NCBI GenBank assembly: GCA_016722515.1
Contig: JADKJE010000004.1
Span: 7,544-71,543 of the forward strand
Length of the DNA: 64,000 bases
Reading direction: 5' to 3'
Source: Alphaproteobacteria bacterium
GTDB lineage: Bacteria; Pseudomonadota; Alphaproteobacteria; Rickettsiales; JADKJE01
A model generated the notes under the pieces. It saw nothing but the letters and a program-made list of their open reading frames with translations. It did not search any database and was not told the DNA's origin. Both the position numbers and the translations under genes were made by a program. Positions 36,933 to 47,216 of this stretch are shown here, in pieces (positions within the stretch are counted from its first letter, which is position 1; every line of letters starts with the position of its first letter).

Positions 36933-37589
36933 CTATAACCCCATTATGTTGATGTTGTACCGTCCCCAGCTGCCACCCGGCGCATGGGCAATCACGTCGA
37001 AACCAGAACCTTCCACCAGATTGCAGGCCGTGGCCGTAATGCCTTCGAGCGCCCCATCTTCGGGATCATGATCCGCTGATCCTGACGCCACCGCGCAGAG
37101 GATCACTGACCCGCTTGCCACCCATGCAGCAGACACCGATGCACGGGCGAAGTTGCTTTCCCCACCGGATGCGTGGCCAAAGTCCACCTGCGCCAGCGCC
37201 GTGTTTGGCATGGCCGATTGATCTGCCTTGGTATCGAGCGCGGTTTGTAGCCCTGCGACATCGGCAATCGTGTGTCCGTGGCTGGTACTTGCCTTTGCAT
37301 CCAGTGCCGCCTGAAGCCCTGCGACATCCGCCACGCTATGCCCGTGTGCTGCGTTTGCTTTGCCAGCCAGCTCGGCATCCACCTGCACCTTGGTGTAATA
37401 GCGCACATCGCCACGCGCATCGGTGTGGTATTGGGGATGATCATCGGCCTCCAGCCCGTTCAGGCTGGCGTGGTCAATATCTCCGCCGGTGCCGTGTGGT
37501 CCCTGCGTTCCAACCGTCACCACTTGCACTTTCGGCTCGGTGACTTTGACGATATGGATCACTTCGTTAATGGTGACTACTTCCGTCAT
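36933..37589 (-). CDS. tail fibre protein with tandem HGH-x2-ADVAGLQ-x-ALD-x-KA repeats
   Basis: 218 aa; DDHPQYH motif, then HGHSVADVAGLQAALDAKASTS / HGHTIADVAGLQTALDTKADQS. Confidence 0.6.
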   Translation of the reverse strand: MTEVVTINEVIHIVKVTEPKVQVVTVGTQGPHGTGGDIDHASLNGLEADDHPQYHTDARGDVRYYTKVQVDAELAGKANAAHGHSVADVAGLQAALDAKASTSHGHTIADVAGLQTALDTKADQSAMPNTALAQVDFGHASGGESNFARASVSAAWVASGSVILCAVASGSADHDPEDGALEGITATACNLVEGSGFDVIAHAPGGSWGRYNINIMGL

Positions 37590-37939
37590 CGCGTTACCTC
37601 CGGGCTGATGATCACCAGCCCTTCCAGCAAGCGAGTGACGTTCGCGCCTGAGACAAGCTCAAGGTCATACACGCCGCTGATGGCGGTAATGGTTGTGGTT
37701 TGTGTGGCACTGGCCAGTAGCTGGATGGTTCCCGCCACCCCGCCGAGGGTGATGCCGCCGTTTTCCGTGGTGAGTGTTAGGAACGGATCAGCGGCTTCGA
37801 GTGTTTCACGCATGTGCATCCGGGCGGTGAAGCCAGTCAGGTTCACAGGCGTGCCGCTTTCGTCCTTCCATTCGATCTGCTCGCTGAACGTCGCGCCGCG
37901 ATACACATAGAAATTATGCTTGGCTGGGTGTGTGGTCAT
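37586..37939 (-). CDS. small phage structural protein (Ig-like fold suspected)
   Basis: 117-aa ORF overlapping its neighbours by 4 nt. The call rests on context only. Confidence 0.4.
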   Translation of the reverse strand: MTTHPAKHNFYVYRGATFSEQIEWKDESGTPVNLTGFTARMHMRETLEAADPFLTLTTENGGITLGGVAGTIQLLASATQTTTITAISGVYDLELVSGANVTRLLEGLVIISPEVTR

Positions 37940-37943
37940 AAAA

Positions 37944-38657
37944 TTACCATGTCCATGGGCCGCGTGGTTTGAGATATTGCATCGTGGTGCGGATCACGCC
38001 GCCCGTGAAGTTTCCACCGTTGGCAGTCAAGCGAATGGCCGTGTTGGCGTAGTACGCCAGAGGGCTGGTGATACCGATATTGGTGGAATCAAGCGCAATG
38101 CCGATCAGGTTGCCGTATCGCGTGGTATCGCCAACCACCCCAATGCCAAAGGATGTCGCGCCTGTGATTGCTGTAATCACGCGCACGTTGACCGCCAGCA
38201 CAATAGCGCGGTCGGGAATCTGAATCGTGGTATCCTTGAATGCGCCCGTGTTGACCGTCACATCCTCGGTTTTATGTTCCACACGCAGATATTCACCGGT
38301 TTCTTTGAGCAGCAAACCTTGTGGCACCCAGTTTGTGCCATCGAACATCACATATTCGTCGGTGGTTTCATTCCAGAGCTTCAGCCGCTTGAATGGGGCA
38401 ACAAAAAACCAGCCACCACCATCCACCGCTTGAGCAATCTGGCTTGCTTTGCCTGCCCATGCGCCTGTGGGGGATGAACCCACCACCCAGCATTGCCCGA
38501 CTGTGGGGCTACCAGGTGGCGTGTTCAAACCCACATCCTGCACGACCGCCTGAATCAGCACGTCGAGAATATTGAGTGCATCATTATGTGTCACTTCCTT
38601 CTGGCTTTGCGATTGCAGAATATAAGGCAGCAGTAATCGTCCGGTGTTGTTGGGCAT
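37944..38657 (-). CDS. DUF2793 family phage fibre-associated protein
   Basis: This is the C-terminal 237 aa of track ORF 37944..39608, from the ATG at 38657: MPNNTGRLLLPYILQSQSQKEVTHNDALNILD. That is the DUF2793-type N-terminus usually found after gp15-like genes. Confidence 0.75.
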   Translation of the reverse strand: MPNNTGRLLLPYILQSQSQKEVTHNDALNILDVLIQAVVQDVGLNTPPGSPTVGQCWVVGSSPTGAWAGKASQIAQAVDGGGWFFVAPFKRLKLWNETTDEYVMFDGTNWVPQGLLLKETGEYLRVEHKTEDVTVNTGAFKDTTIQIPDRAIVLAVNVRVITAITGATSFGIGVVGDTTRYGNLIGIALDSTNIGITSPLAYYANTAIRLTANGGNFTGGVIRTTMQYLKPRGPWTW

Positions 38658-38730
38658 CGGATGGTCCCCTGGTTGAAGGGGCCATTGGTAAGTTTTCAGA
38701 TGCGTTCGTGGGGCGTTACGCTCAGTTTTG

Positions 38731-39194
38731 GGACGGCCACGCCGGCGTCGGGCGGGGGGGGCGCCCGCAGGGGGGAGGGCCGCCCCGCGCGGGGGGCCGG
38801 CCCCCGCCGCGCCCGCCCGCACCCCCCGCCGGCCGGGCGCGCCCCCCCCCGTCCAAGCCCCCGCCCCCCCGGGGCGGCCCCCCGCGCCCCACCGCGCCCC
38901 CCCCCCCACCCCACATAACCCGGTCCCCGCCCTCCCCACCCCCCTGCCCCCCCCCAGCCCCCCCCCCCGGCCCGCCCCCCAAAGTCCCTCCAGGAAGACA
39001 CCCACCAAAGAGAACCCTCTGACAAAAAAAGACGATACCCGTGAGAAAGCGGGTCCCGGGCGCCGGCCGGACCCGGACGCGGCCGGCGGGCCGGGCGGGG
39101 GCCCGGCGCGGCGGGGGAGGCCGCGCGAGGGCGGGGAAAGGGGCGGCGGGGGGGCCCCGCAGCGGGCGGGCCCCGCGAGAAGGCCGGGAGGCGC
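38731..39194. repeat. 464-nt extreme-GC low-complexity tract with opposite-skew arms around a 76-nt normal-composition core
   Basis: Read directly from the sequence. There are C runs of 9-11 nt at 38842-50, 38897-907, 38947-55 and 38958-68. The G-rich arm is 39057-39194 and the core is 38981-39056. No reading frame here looks like protein. Confidence 0.9.
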
Positions 39195-42100
39195 CATGGC
39201 TATGCCTGCATTGCCACGCCCGACTGCTGCTGAAAGCTGATAGACTTTCACGCTGACACTGCTTTGCGCCGATCCGAAATCGGTCACCTGCTGCGCGGCG
39301 GTGTAGATGGTTATGGGCGAAGTCAGACCAGTAATCGTGCGTTTGAGCGTTACACCCTGCATGATTTCCACCTCGTAGCGTTCCGACTCCTCGGAAAGCG
39401 GAATGTCCACCGCGTCCCGCCAATCCCCACCGATCCGTGTGCGACGCTTCCAGCCGATGGTCAGATCGCTAGCCACATTTCGGCTGCCTACGATATGCAC
39501 TGGCGCGTATGGCTTGAGCGCCTTGCGGCATAGGTAAAATCCTGCGCAGTTGTCGCCCCTAGCGTGGAGCCGATGGTAACAGGTTTGTACTTTTTGCTGA
39601 TGCTCCATCCTGATGATGCCACCAGCTCTCGCGCCAGGGCGTTGGTGAGCAGAATAAAACGCTCACCCGCCACATGGCCAGAAACTGCCCATTCCGTGCC
39701 AAGCCTGCCGCGCAGAAGCCGCGATAGACGGTACTGGTTGTCGCCGATGAGAGTTGCCGTTTGAAATTGCAGCACCTCATCGCCAATGACGCAGACATTC
39801 GCACCATTCAGCACCGCAATCTCGGTCACGCTCTGCAGCTCGCCAAAGGTGAGCAATACATCAACGCTGCCCGTGACATCCCATGTGTAGGCCGTGCCAG
39901 CAGGTAGAATGGTTAAGGCGGCACCAATCGTTGCCTGCGCGGTTAAGGATTGCATCAGAGCATAGTTGGCACCGCCATCGTCGGAGCGGTAGACTGCCGA
40001 TCCCGTCCATTCACCACCAAGCCCAACTACTCCATAGCGCAGATATGCATCCGTTACCGCATCAGTCGGGAATGCTGGCAGATCAAGTAGATCCAGTCGC
40101 GTGGCGGAAACCGTTGTGGGCGGCTGAATCGCGGGTGCACCACTACCTGCAGGATTGTAAAAGTCGTAACTGCTGACATCTTCCGCGACCGCTGCCAGCT
40201 CCTGCACACCGTTTCGCACCAGCTTGGATGCCGTCACACGCATGAGATAGGCTGCACCATCCTTGGTGATGGTAATAACATCGGTCGGCTCCAGCAGCGC
40301 ATATTTCGGAGGCACGGTCAGCTGATACTGCACACGCCCAACCCATGCATTGTAGAGGGTCACATCCGCCACCACCTTGGCTTCCTGATCGGACAGTACG
40401 ATGGGTAGGTTCACCGTCACATAATCCACGGCTTTGACTGTTTGCCGCTGCGAGGACTGCGTTCCTGCCTGATAATCTGCCGTGCGGTTCAGGTAAATCA
40501 CATCTACCTGACGCGGCAGCTCCAGCTCCTGCGTGCGGGTGATGGCAAGTGTATCGTTGGCATCGTCCTGTGCCACCAGTTCGGTGAAATCCAGCGTGAC
40601 ATTCGATACTTTGCCGCGCTTGATAAATTTCAGCAGCCCATCGGATTCCACGCAGTCAAAGAAATACGCTGCCGCCAGCTGCTCCAAACATCCGCGCACC
40701 GTCTGGCGGTTATTGATGATGTAGCCACTGACGATATCGGTCAGGCGCGTAACATCATACATAGTGCTGTCATAGCCAACGCGCTTCAGCAAATCGGCGA
40801 CGATCTGCCCGAGATTAGAGAGTCCCAGCTTTCCTTGAATCCAGTGGCCTGTTTTCCAGTTACCGCCATCCGACCAGACGCCGAGCAGATCTGGCCAGAA
40901 TGGAAATGGCCGCGCATCCCATGTCCAGATGAATTTGCGCGGGATAAAGTTGGCTTCCAGCGCATTTTCGTCATCAAGGTAATCAATGGAGGCGTCGAGC
41001 GCGGTGCGCTGTGCCAGAAAGTCCACCCGCGCACGCGAGCCACGGGGATAAAAACTCTCCACCGAATCAGGATCAACGAACACGTTCGGCTGGTTGGCAC
41101 AGCAATCCACAGAAGGAAAGCCAAGCTCAGAGAACCACACGGGCTTCATTTTGGCAGCCCATGCCGTGCCGCTGGCATCGGGGTTAGTATGGGTGGAATT
41201 CCACCAGTGCTTGACGTTTTTCCATGCGTAAGTGGGCGAACCGCCATAGCTGGTGAAGCCTGTGCGGTTCACCGAATCAGCATAGTAATAATCCCAGCCT
41301 TCGTCCTGCGTCCAGCCGTCATAAACCTTTTGGTAATCAATCTGTGTTTGCGGCAGGTCGGGTGTGAGTGGGAAATAGCAGTCAATCGCCACCACATCGA
41401 TGTTACTATCCGACCAGAGCGGATCGAGGTGATACCAGCCGTTCGAGGAATGATATTCGCTCCAGTCACCGCCATACATCACCTTCACGCCCGAACCCAC
41501 GGCTGATTTCACGCTGGCGGCAAGACTCTTTAGCTGGGCAACGGCAGGAAATACGCCTGCGCTGCTCATATAGGTGGTGAGTCCCACCAATTCCGAACCG
41601 ATCATGAAAGCGTCGATGGTGTTTTTCAGCAGCACGCCGCCGACATTCAAATTGGCGTAATGATTAATAAAAGCGTTGTAGCCGTTGCTGCGCGTGAAGA
41701 AATTATTGGCATCTGTTGCGGTGGTGGGGGTGATGCGCCCACGCCACGGCTTGCTTTGCGGCGTGATCGTATCCACTTGCAGCATCGGGTAAAACAGCAC
41801 CTTGTAGCCTCGCGCCTTCAATTCCTGACACAGGCGCACGATGCTTTTGTCGGTGGGCGTACCGCCGTAAGTGGGCGATCCGTCCGGGAATTCGAGGATG
41901 GGGTGGCCAGTGTTGCGCGTAAACCCAGCCACCACCCAATCATCGGGGGCAACACGCGCGCCCTGACTGTCGAACTCGACACCGGGCTTGATGATGCATA
42001 CGGTGGGATCAACTGAATCCGCAAACCAGTTTAGGATAACTGAAACATATTCGACATTCGGCAGCGTTGCTTTCAAATTATCCAACGCGACCAGGCTATC

Positions 42101-42919
42101 CGCTTTATTGCTGAGATTATTCAGGTTCAGCTTGTTGATCTTACCGCCCTGTACGAAATTGCCCGCCACATCCTGCTGGCCGAACGTCTTTTCCTGCACC
42201 ACCGTGTCATAGACATATTCGCCCGCGCCAGGAATTAGGGCTATCTCTTTGATTTTATCTTCAAGATCGAAGGGTTTTTTCAGCGTGCGGCGTACCTCAA
42301 AGGTAAAGTTGGGGATACGGTTACCATAATCGGCTAGGGGGAAATCCTTAATCACCACATAGGCCATTCCCCGGTATGCTGGCGTTTGCCCCGCAGGGTG
42401 GAAAGACGAGATGAAAGTATCAGGCAGCTGGGTTTCATTGCCAAGATAAAGGCTATAGCTGCCCTGCGTGAGATCGAGCGGCTTGGAATCCGCCCATACC
42501 CGTACCACCTCAGTGATCGGCCCCTCGCAAATGGCAATCGCCATGCTGACACTGTAGCTATAGGTCGTGGTGGTGGTCTCCACGCTGCCACCACCGCCAC
42601 CACCTTTGCCGCCGCCAGAGGATTGCGTACTGGTGGTTACGGTTTCCTTGATCGGGCGCGACCAGATGACGTTGCCGGCAATGCGGCTGTTGCCATAAAT
42701 GATGGGTATGGCTTTCCCGTAGGTGGAAAACTGCACCATCAGGTCAGTGAGACGCGAGCCCTCCTGATTGATGCGGGTTTTGCCGCCACCGAAGATTGCG
42801 CGGTCAACAAACCCACCGAGAAAGCCGCCAGCACCACCCGCAACAGCAGCGAAGAACGTCCCTGCGCCCAGCGATGTGGCGGCAGAACTGGCCGCTGCTG
42901 CTAGGACGATTGATGCCAT
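39195..42919 (-). pseudogene. RcGTA gp15-like host-specificity / baseplate protein, frame broken near 39511-39529 and 3' end running into the GC tract
   Basis: ORF 39488..42919 (1143 aa) ends ...TTAQDFTYAARRSSHTRQCIS. The conserved C-terminus ALKPYAPVHIVGSRN...LTIGWKRRTRIGGDWRD...PLSEESERYEVEI...YTAAQQVTDFG...VYQLSAAVGRG continues in the adjacent frame (part of ORF 37944..39608). Confidence 0.85.
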
Positions 42920-43347
42920 CGGAATACCTTCACAAGCCTGTTTTTCCAGTCATCATCCAGACGATGCTCCACCACGCGCCGCGCCTGTGCATAGCAATGG
43001 ATCATGCCGAGCGCATTTTCATAGTCCGTCAGAATGGCAAGATGCTGGGGGTTGCCCGCCATATTGAACAAAGCCAGATCACCTGCCTGAGCGTTCTCTA
43101 TCGGCACTTCATCCAGCAATGCGGCAATTTTCTGCGTGAGATACGCACCGTCCGGCTCTTTGGAATAAGTGATTTCGTCATAGGCCGCGAGTGGCTGACC
43201 ATGCTTGTCCTTCCAGTCCAATTCATCCACCACGCCGATGATTAAGCCCAAGCAGTCACAGCCGACACGCTTCAGGCGGGCCTGATGATGAAACGGCGTG
43301 CCAAGCCATGTGCGGGCTTGCACGACAATGTCATTTTCTAAGATCAT
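42901..43347 (-). CDS. NlpC/P60 family phage cell-wall peptidase (RcGTA gp14-like)
   Basis: 148 aa; WLGTPFHHQARLKRVGCDCLGLI catalytic Cys region; expected position. Confidence 0.85.
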   Translation of the reverse strand: MILENDIVVQARTWLGTPFHHQARLKRVGCDCLGLIIGVVDELDWKDKHGQPLAAYDEITYSKEPDGAYLTQKIAALLDEVPIENAQAGDLALFNMAGNPQHLAILTDYENALGMIHCYAQARRVVEHRLDDDWKNRLVKVFRWHQSS

Positions 43348-44204
43348 GAGTGTTGTAGATCGTTAGCGGTTGCAGCGGTAGCGAGCACCTTGTCCATCCC
43401 CGGAACATGCGGCTCACCACGAAAATTCACAGCATTGGCGAATTTGGTAAAGCAGGTATTGAAGGTTTTATCACACCCAGCGATGGCATTAAATGTGTCC
43501 CCGACTGCCACCGAATTGGGCATGGGCAATACAAGCGTAAATTGCTTGTTGGAGAATTCCTTAATCTCCATCTGCCGCCCAGCATTTGCACCCGTAAGCC
43601 ATACCATTTCACCACCAGAGAAATAGCCCGCCGCCTGTGTCATGGCGTTGCTGATAAAAACCTGACGACTGGTCACGGTATTGATGGCACCACTCGCCGT
43701 ATAGCTTGCCAGATTGATCTTGCAGCGCGTATCGCCGAACACAGCGCGGCAGGTGGGGCTGTAAAGCTCGCCGATATTCTGCTGGAATTTCTGAGCCAGA
43801 CCACGCACTTCGGCCACAAACTGGCCGTTTTTAACACTCACTTCGCCCAGCCAGCCACGGCGATGGGTGATGATGCCTTGTGCGAGATCGGTGACATTCA
43901 CCATGAATATCTCGATTTCGGCGAAATCATATTTGCCCGCCATGATGTCGGCCTCGGTAATCGCAGCCGAATCGAGAATGCCTGCAACATCGAGATTATC
44001 AACGGAGAATCTATCCTTGGTTTCAATACTGGTGGGGGAAAATCCCGTCGCGGCCTTATAAAGCTGGCTGCTGATGGTGAGGTCGGAGGTGTGATCGGTA
44101 AAACCCATCACCGTGCCTCCCACCAGCGTGAGCTTCCAGCAGATGGCAAGACTGGTGACTTCGCCTGCCAGATGTGCCGTGAGGTTGGAAGATGCGGTTC
44201 TCAT
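43344..44204 (-). CDS. DUF2163 phage protein (RcGTA gp13-like)
   Basis: ATG at 44204 (ATGA overlap with the previous gene). MRTASSNLTAHLAGEVTSLAICWKL... is typical of the BR0599-type family. Confidence 0.8.
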   Translation of the reverse strand: MRTASSNLTAHLAGEVTSLAICWKLTLVGGTVMGFTDHTSDLTISSQLYKAATGFSPTSIETKDRFSVDNLDVAGILDSAAITEADIMAGKYDFAEIEIFMVNVTDLAQGIITHRRGWLGEVSVKNGQFVAEVRGLAQKFQQNIGELYSPTCRAVFGDTRCKINLASYTASGAINTVTSRQVFISNAMTQAAGYFSGGEMVWLTGANAGRQMEIKEFSNKQFTLVLPMPNSVAVGDTFNAIAGCDKTFNTCFTKFANAVNFRGEPHVPGMDKVLATAATANDLQHS

Positions 44205-44803
44205 GCGCGAATCTCCACGATGGGGATTGCATCCCACACAAAAATACCCGGCCCATCGGCACGCACCGCCAGCGCATCGGTATCGAAGCGCACCGGCACA
44301 TCGAAATCAAAATCGGTACTGACATTCACACCACCGGCCGGTGCAGCGCTGAAAGTGACAATACCTGTTGCATGATCGACGCTGAAGCCAGAGGATTGCA
44401 GGATGGAATTGAGGTAAATCTTTACCGTGCCGGAAACGGGTTTCTTGATTTCGCGGCTGTAACTGTAGCCGCCGCTACTGTATAATTTGAGCAGTTGGAA
44501 TGTGGTTTGCGATCCATTGCCTGTCCCAAGATTCTGCGCCACGGCCTGATAATCCGACCAGTCCTTGAAGCGGAATCCATAGGCTTTACCAAACCGCGCA
44601 CGGAAGAACGCCTGCAGCGCCTCCATGTCGGCTTTGTTTTTGAGACCTGTTGACACATCCCAGCGGCCACGGGCTTTTTGCCAGTTAATATTACGCTGCT
44701 CAAACCCCGCAAATGTCGTGGTGACGCTGGTGTTAAACTCCGGCCCACCTGTGGCCCCATAAGCGATTTTAGGCGGAAACTGGACTTCATGAAAAGCGGG
44801 CAT
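44201..44803 (-). CDS. DUF2460 phage distal tail protein (RcGTA gp12-like)
   Basis: 200 aa; MPAFHEVQFPPKIAYGATGGPEFNTSV...FEQRNINW. Confidence 0.85.
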   Translation of the reverse strand: MPAFHEVQFPPKIAYGATGGPEFNTSVTTTFAGFEQRNINWQKARGRWDVSTGLKNKADMEALQAFFRARFGKAYGFRFKDWSDYQAVAQNLGTGNGSQTTFQLLKLYSSGGYSYSREIKKPVSGTVKIYLNSILQSSGFSVDHATGIVTFSAAPAGGVNVSTDFDFDVPVRFDTDALAVRADGPGIFVWDAIPIVEIRA

Positions 44804-47216
44804 CAGTTGTTCCTCGTGCGAAAGCGCTGCATCTGGCCTGCCAGCTTGCTCATGATCTGGCCCTGGCTATCCATAAAACTCTGTGCGTTCGGGGTGGTGA
44901 TGTTGAAGGTAATGTTGCTGCCGCCAGATTTTATATTCTTTGGCAGCACGGTTTCACCACGCTGCAGAATGGCCGGGAATTCGTCGGGCATCAGGCCGCT
45001 ATGCAGGCGCGGCGCACCCGCAAAGGCATAGGCAGGAACAGCGCGGCGCATCGGGCTTCCTTCACCCACCGTGCCGCCGCCATGAAACAGGCTGCCGAAA
45101 ATATCATCGAAGAACCCGCCAAGAAATCCACCACCGCTACTGCCACTGCCGCCTTTCAGTAGATCGCTGAGACCACCCGCGATAGGGCCGGTGATGTTCT
45201 CGCGGATGAACATGCGCAGAATATCCTGCTGCAGTGATTGCAGCAGATCGCCGATCTTTCCGACTGAGATTTCCCCGCTGCTCACCATGTCCACCAGCGT
45301 ATCTTCGACTTTACGGGCAGCACTGCCGAACAATTCCTCAGCATTTTTGGCGGCATTGGTGGCTTCGTCGGCATAACGCCTCAGCGCACGCGTGGCACCA
45401 TCTCCCCATTTGTCACTATCGAGCAGCGACTTATCGTAAATCTCCTTCAGCCGGACAGCGTATATCTGCTCGATCTGCTCTAGGTAGCGCTGATTTGCTT
45501 CCGTGGCACCACCAAGATCATCGATCAGCTTATCCCGCCACTGATCCAGCGCCTCTTTAGCGACATCATAGCCCGTGCTGGTATCTAAAATGGCTTCGGT
45601 GATCTGCTCAATCGCCTTAACGCGGCTTTCCTCGGCGTCTTTTGCCTGTTTTTCTGCCTCCTGCAGGTCATAGAGCGAGCCTGCCAGATCGGCCACGCGG
45701 TTACGATATTCTCTGGTGGCATTGGCGTTGAGCTTATCGGTCTCGGCCTTGATAAAACGCCCGCGCGGATCGGCAGTGCCTTCCAGCTCTAGCCGTTTTT
45801 CCAGCGTGGCGATGACTTTTTTATTGGCCTCCGCCAATTGCAGGGCGGGACGTGCCGCTTCTTCATCGAGCTTTGTCAGTTTGGCGCGGGTGGTAGCATC
45901 GACCGCTTCGAGTGCGCTGCGGGCGGAATCGGAGTTGCGATTATCCTTGAATAATCCGTCGATCCGCTTTTTGGCATCAGTGGCTTCTTCAAGGATGCGG
46001 TCACGTTCGTTCTGCGTGCTTTCTTTCAGTTTTTTCTGGTATTCCCGCTCGATGCCGAGCAAGGTCTCGTTGCGGCGCTCGGCAGCGGCACGATCAGCGG
46101 CAGCACGCGCTTCCCGGCGCTCTTTGTCCGCCTGTAATTCTTCCGCTGCAATACCTTCGTTAATACGGCGCAGCTCTTCTTTCTTCGCATCGAGCGCGGG
46201 TGCGCTGCCCAGCACAGCGCGATCCAGCCGAGTGCCGAAGCTGTTTTCCAGCTCGGAGATTTCTTTTTCCAACTGCGATTTGCGGTTGGCAGGTGTGGGA
46301 TCAAGTGCTTCCTGCAGCCCACGCACCACGCGGGTAAGTGCGCTGAGGCTCGATTGTGCGGCTGCCGATTCACCGACCGTGCGCCCGAACGACTCCATGA
46401 GATCGTCCCATGCATCGCCGAGCGAATCCGCTGCACCTGTGAGTCCTTTGGCTTGCGCTTCTGCCAGCCCACGGGTTTTGCCTTCCAGATGCTCCAGTAT
46501 TACCGCCTGCGCGGAAGCGACATCGCCTTGTTTAATAAAATTCTCGATCACCTCTTTCTGTGCAGGCGATAGGTCTGAGAATTTCCGTGCCAGCCGCCCA
46601 AGGCCTTCTTCGGGATTTTCCAGCGATTTCCCCAGCATGTCGGCGGCGGATGGCACATCGGTGCCAAGCCGCACGGCGAGATCAGTGGAAAGTGCAAGCG
46701 CGCGGGTGAATACATCGCCCGCCACATTCTGGAATGAAGTCAGGGCCGCCGCCGCGTTTTGTATTTCCTCCTTCTTGAATAAAGTGTTGGCCTCGATGGC
46801 TTCGCCGAGCGCGGTGATTTCACGGGCAGTCACACCCGCTGCCTGATCGGTGGCTTTCAGTGCGGCATTCAGCCATTGAGTGCCTGTTCAGCCTCCTTGA
46901 ATTCGGCGATTCCCTTAGCCGTGGCGAGCGCCAGACCGCCCAGCACGGCGGCGGTGGCAAGGCCGATCGGCCCAAGTCGACCCAGCACACTGCCAACCGA
47001 CCCTGCGCCACCGGCAAGGCTTTCCATGCCAAGGCGCACTTCCTGGCTCACCGCATTAACGGCAACCAGCGAACGGGATGCGGGTTGCGTCGCGTCCTTA
47101 ATCTTCTTTAACGCACGCTCGCCAGTATCGCCGGTGAGTGTCAGCTCACGCCGCGCTTTATCACCCTCGATCACCGCCAGTCGGATCGATACATTTCTCG
47201 TGGTTGCTGTCGCCAT
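44803..47216 (-). pseudogene. tail tape measure protein, split into 46869..47216 and 44803..46833 by an apparent 1-nt deletion near 46866-46875
   Basis: The 115-aa ORF has a TMP-type N-terminus (...VSIRLAVIEGDKARRELTLTGDTGERAL...). The 676-aa ORF's frame is open upstream (TGTQWLNAALKATDQAAGV-TAREITALGE...), so one added base would join ...EAEQALNG to LNAALKATDQ.... Confidence 0.7.

Noticed and set aside
38576-39423. Pro/Gly/Arg/Ala-rich ORFs on both strands (38576..39022, 38661..38918, 38728..39240, 39041..39256 plus; 38696..39025, 38722..39423 minus)
   Set aside because: These ORFs are open only because the tract has almost no A/T and so no stop codons. They have no protein-like composition or start context.
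37944-39608. 554-aa ORF in the track as a single gene
   Set aside because: It is a chimera of three parts: the out-of-frame C-terminus of the gp15-like protein, a read-through of the stop-free GC tract, and the DUF2793 gene, which has its own ATG at 38657.
40442-41506. Long antisense ORFs inside large genes. Examples: 354 aa at 40442..41506 in gp15, 376 aa at 45716..46846 in the tape measure, 322 aa at 43407..44375, 239 aa at 9158..9877 and 209 aa at 11523..12152 in narH/narG, 257 aa at 55439..56212 in terL, 234 aa at 61959..62663
   Set aside because: These are shadow ORFs opposite strongly supported genes. Their products are low-complexity or Arg/His/Ser-rich, with no recognisable motifs.
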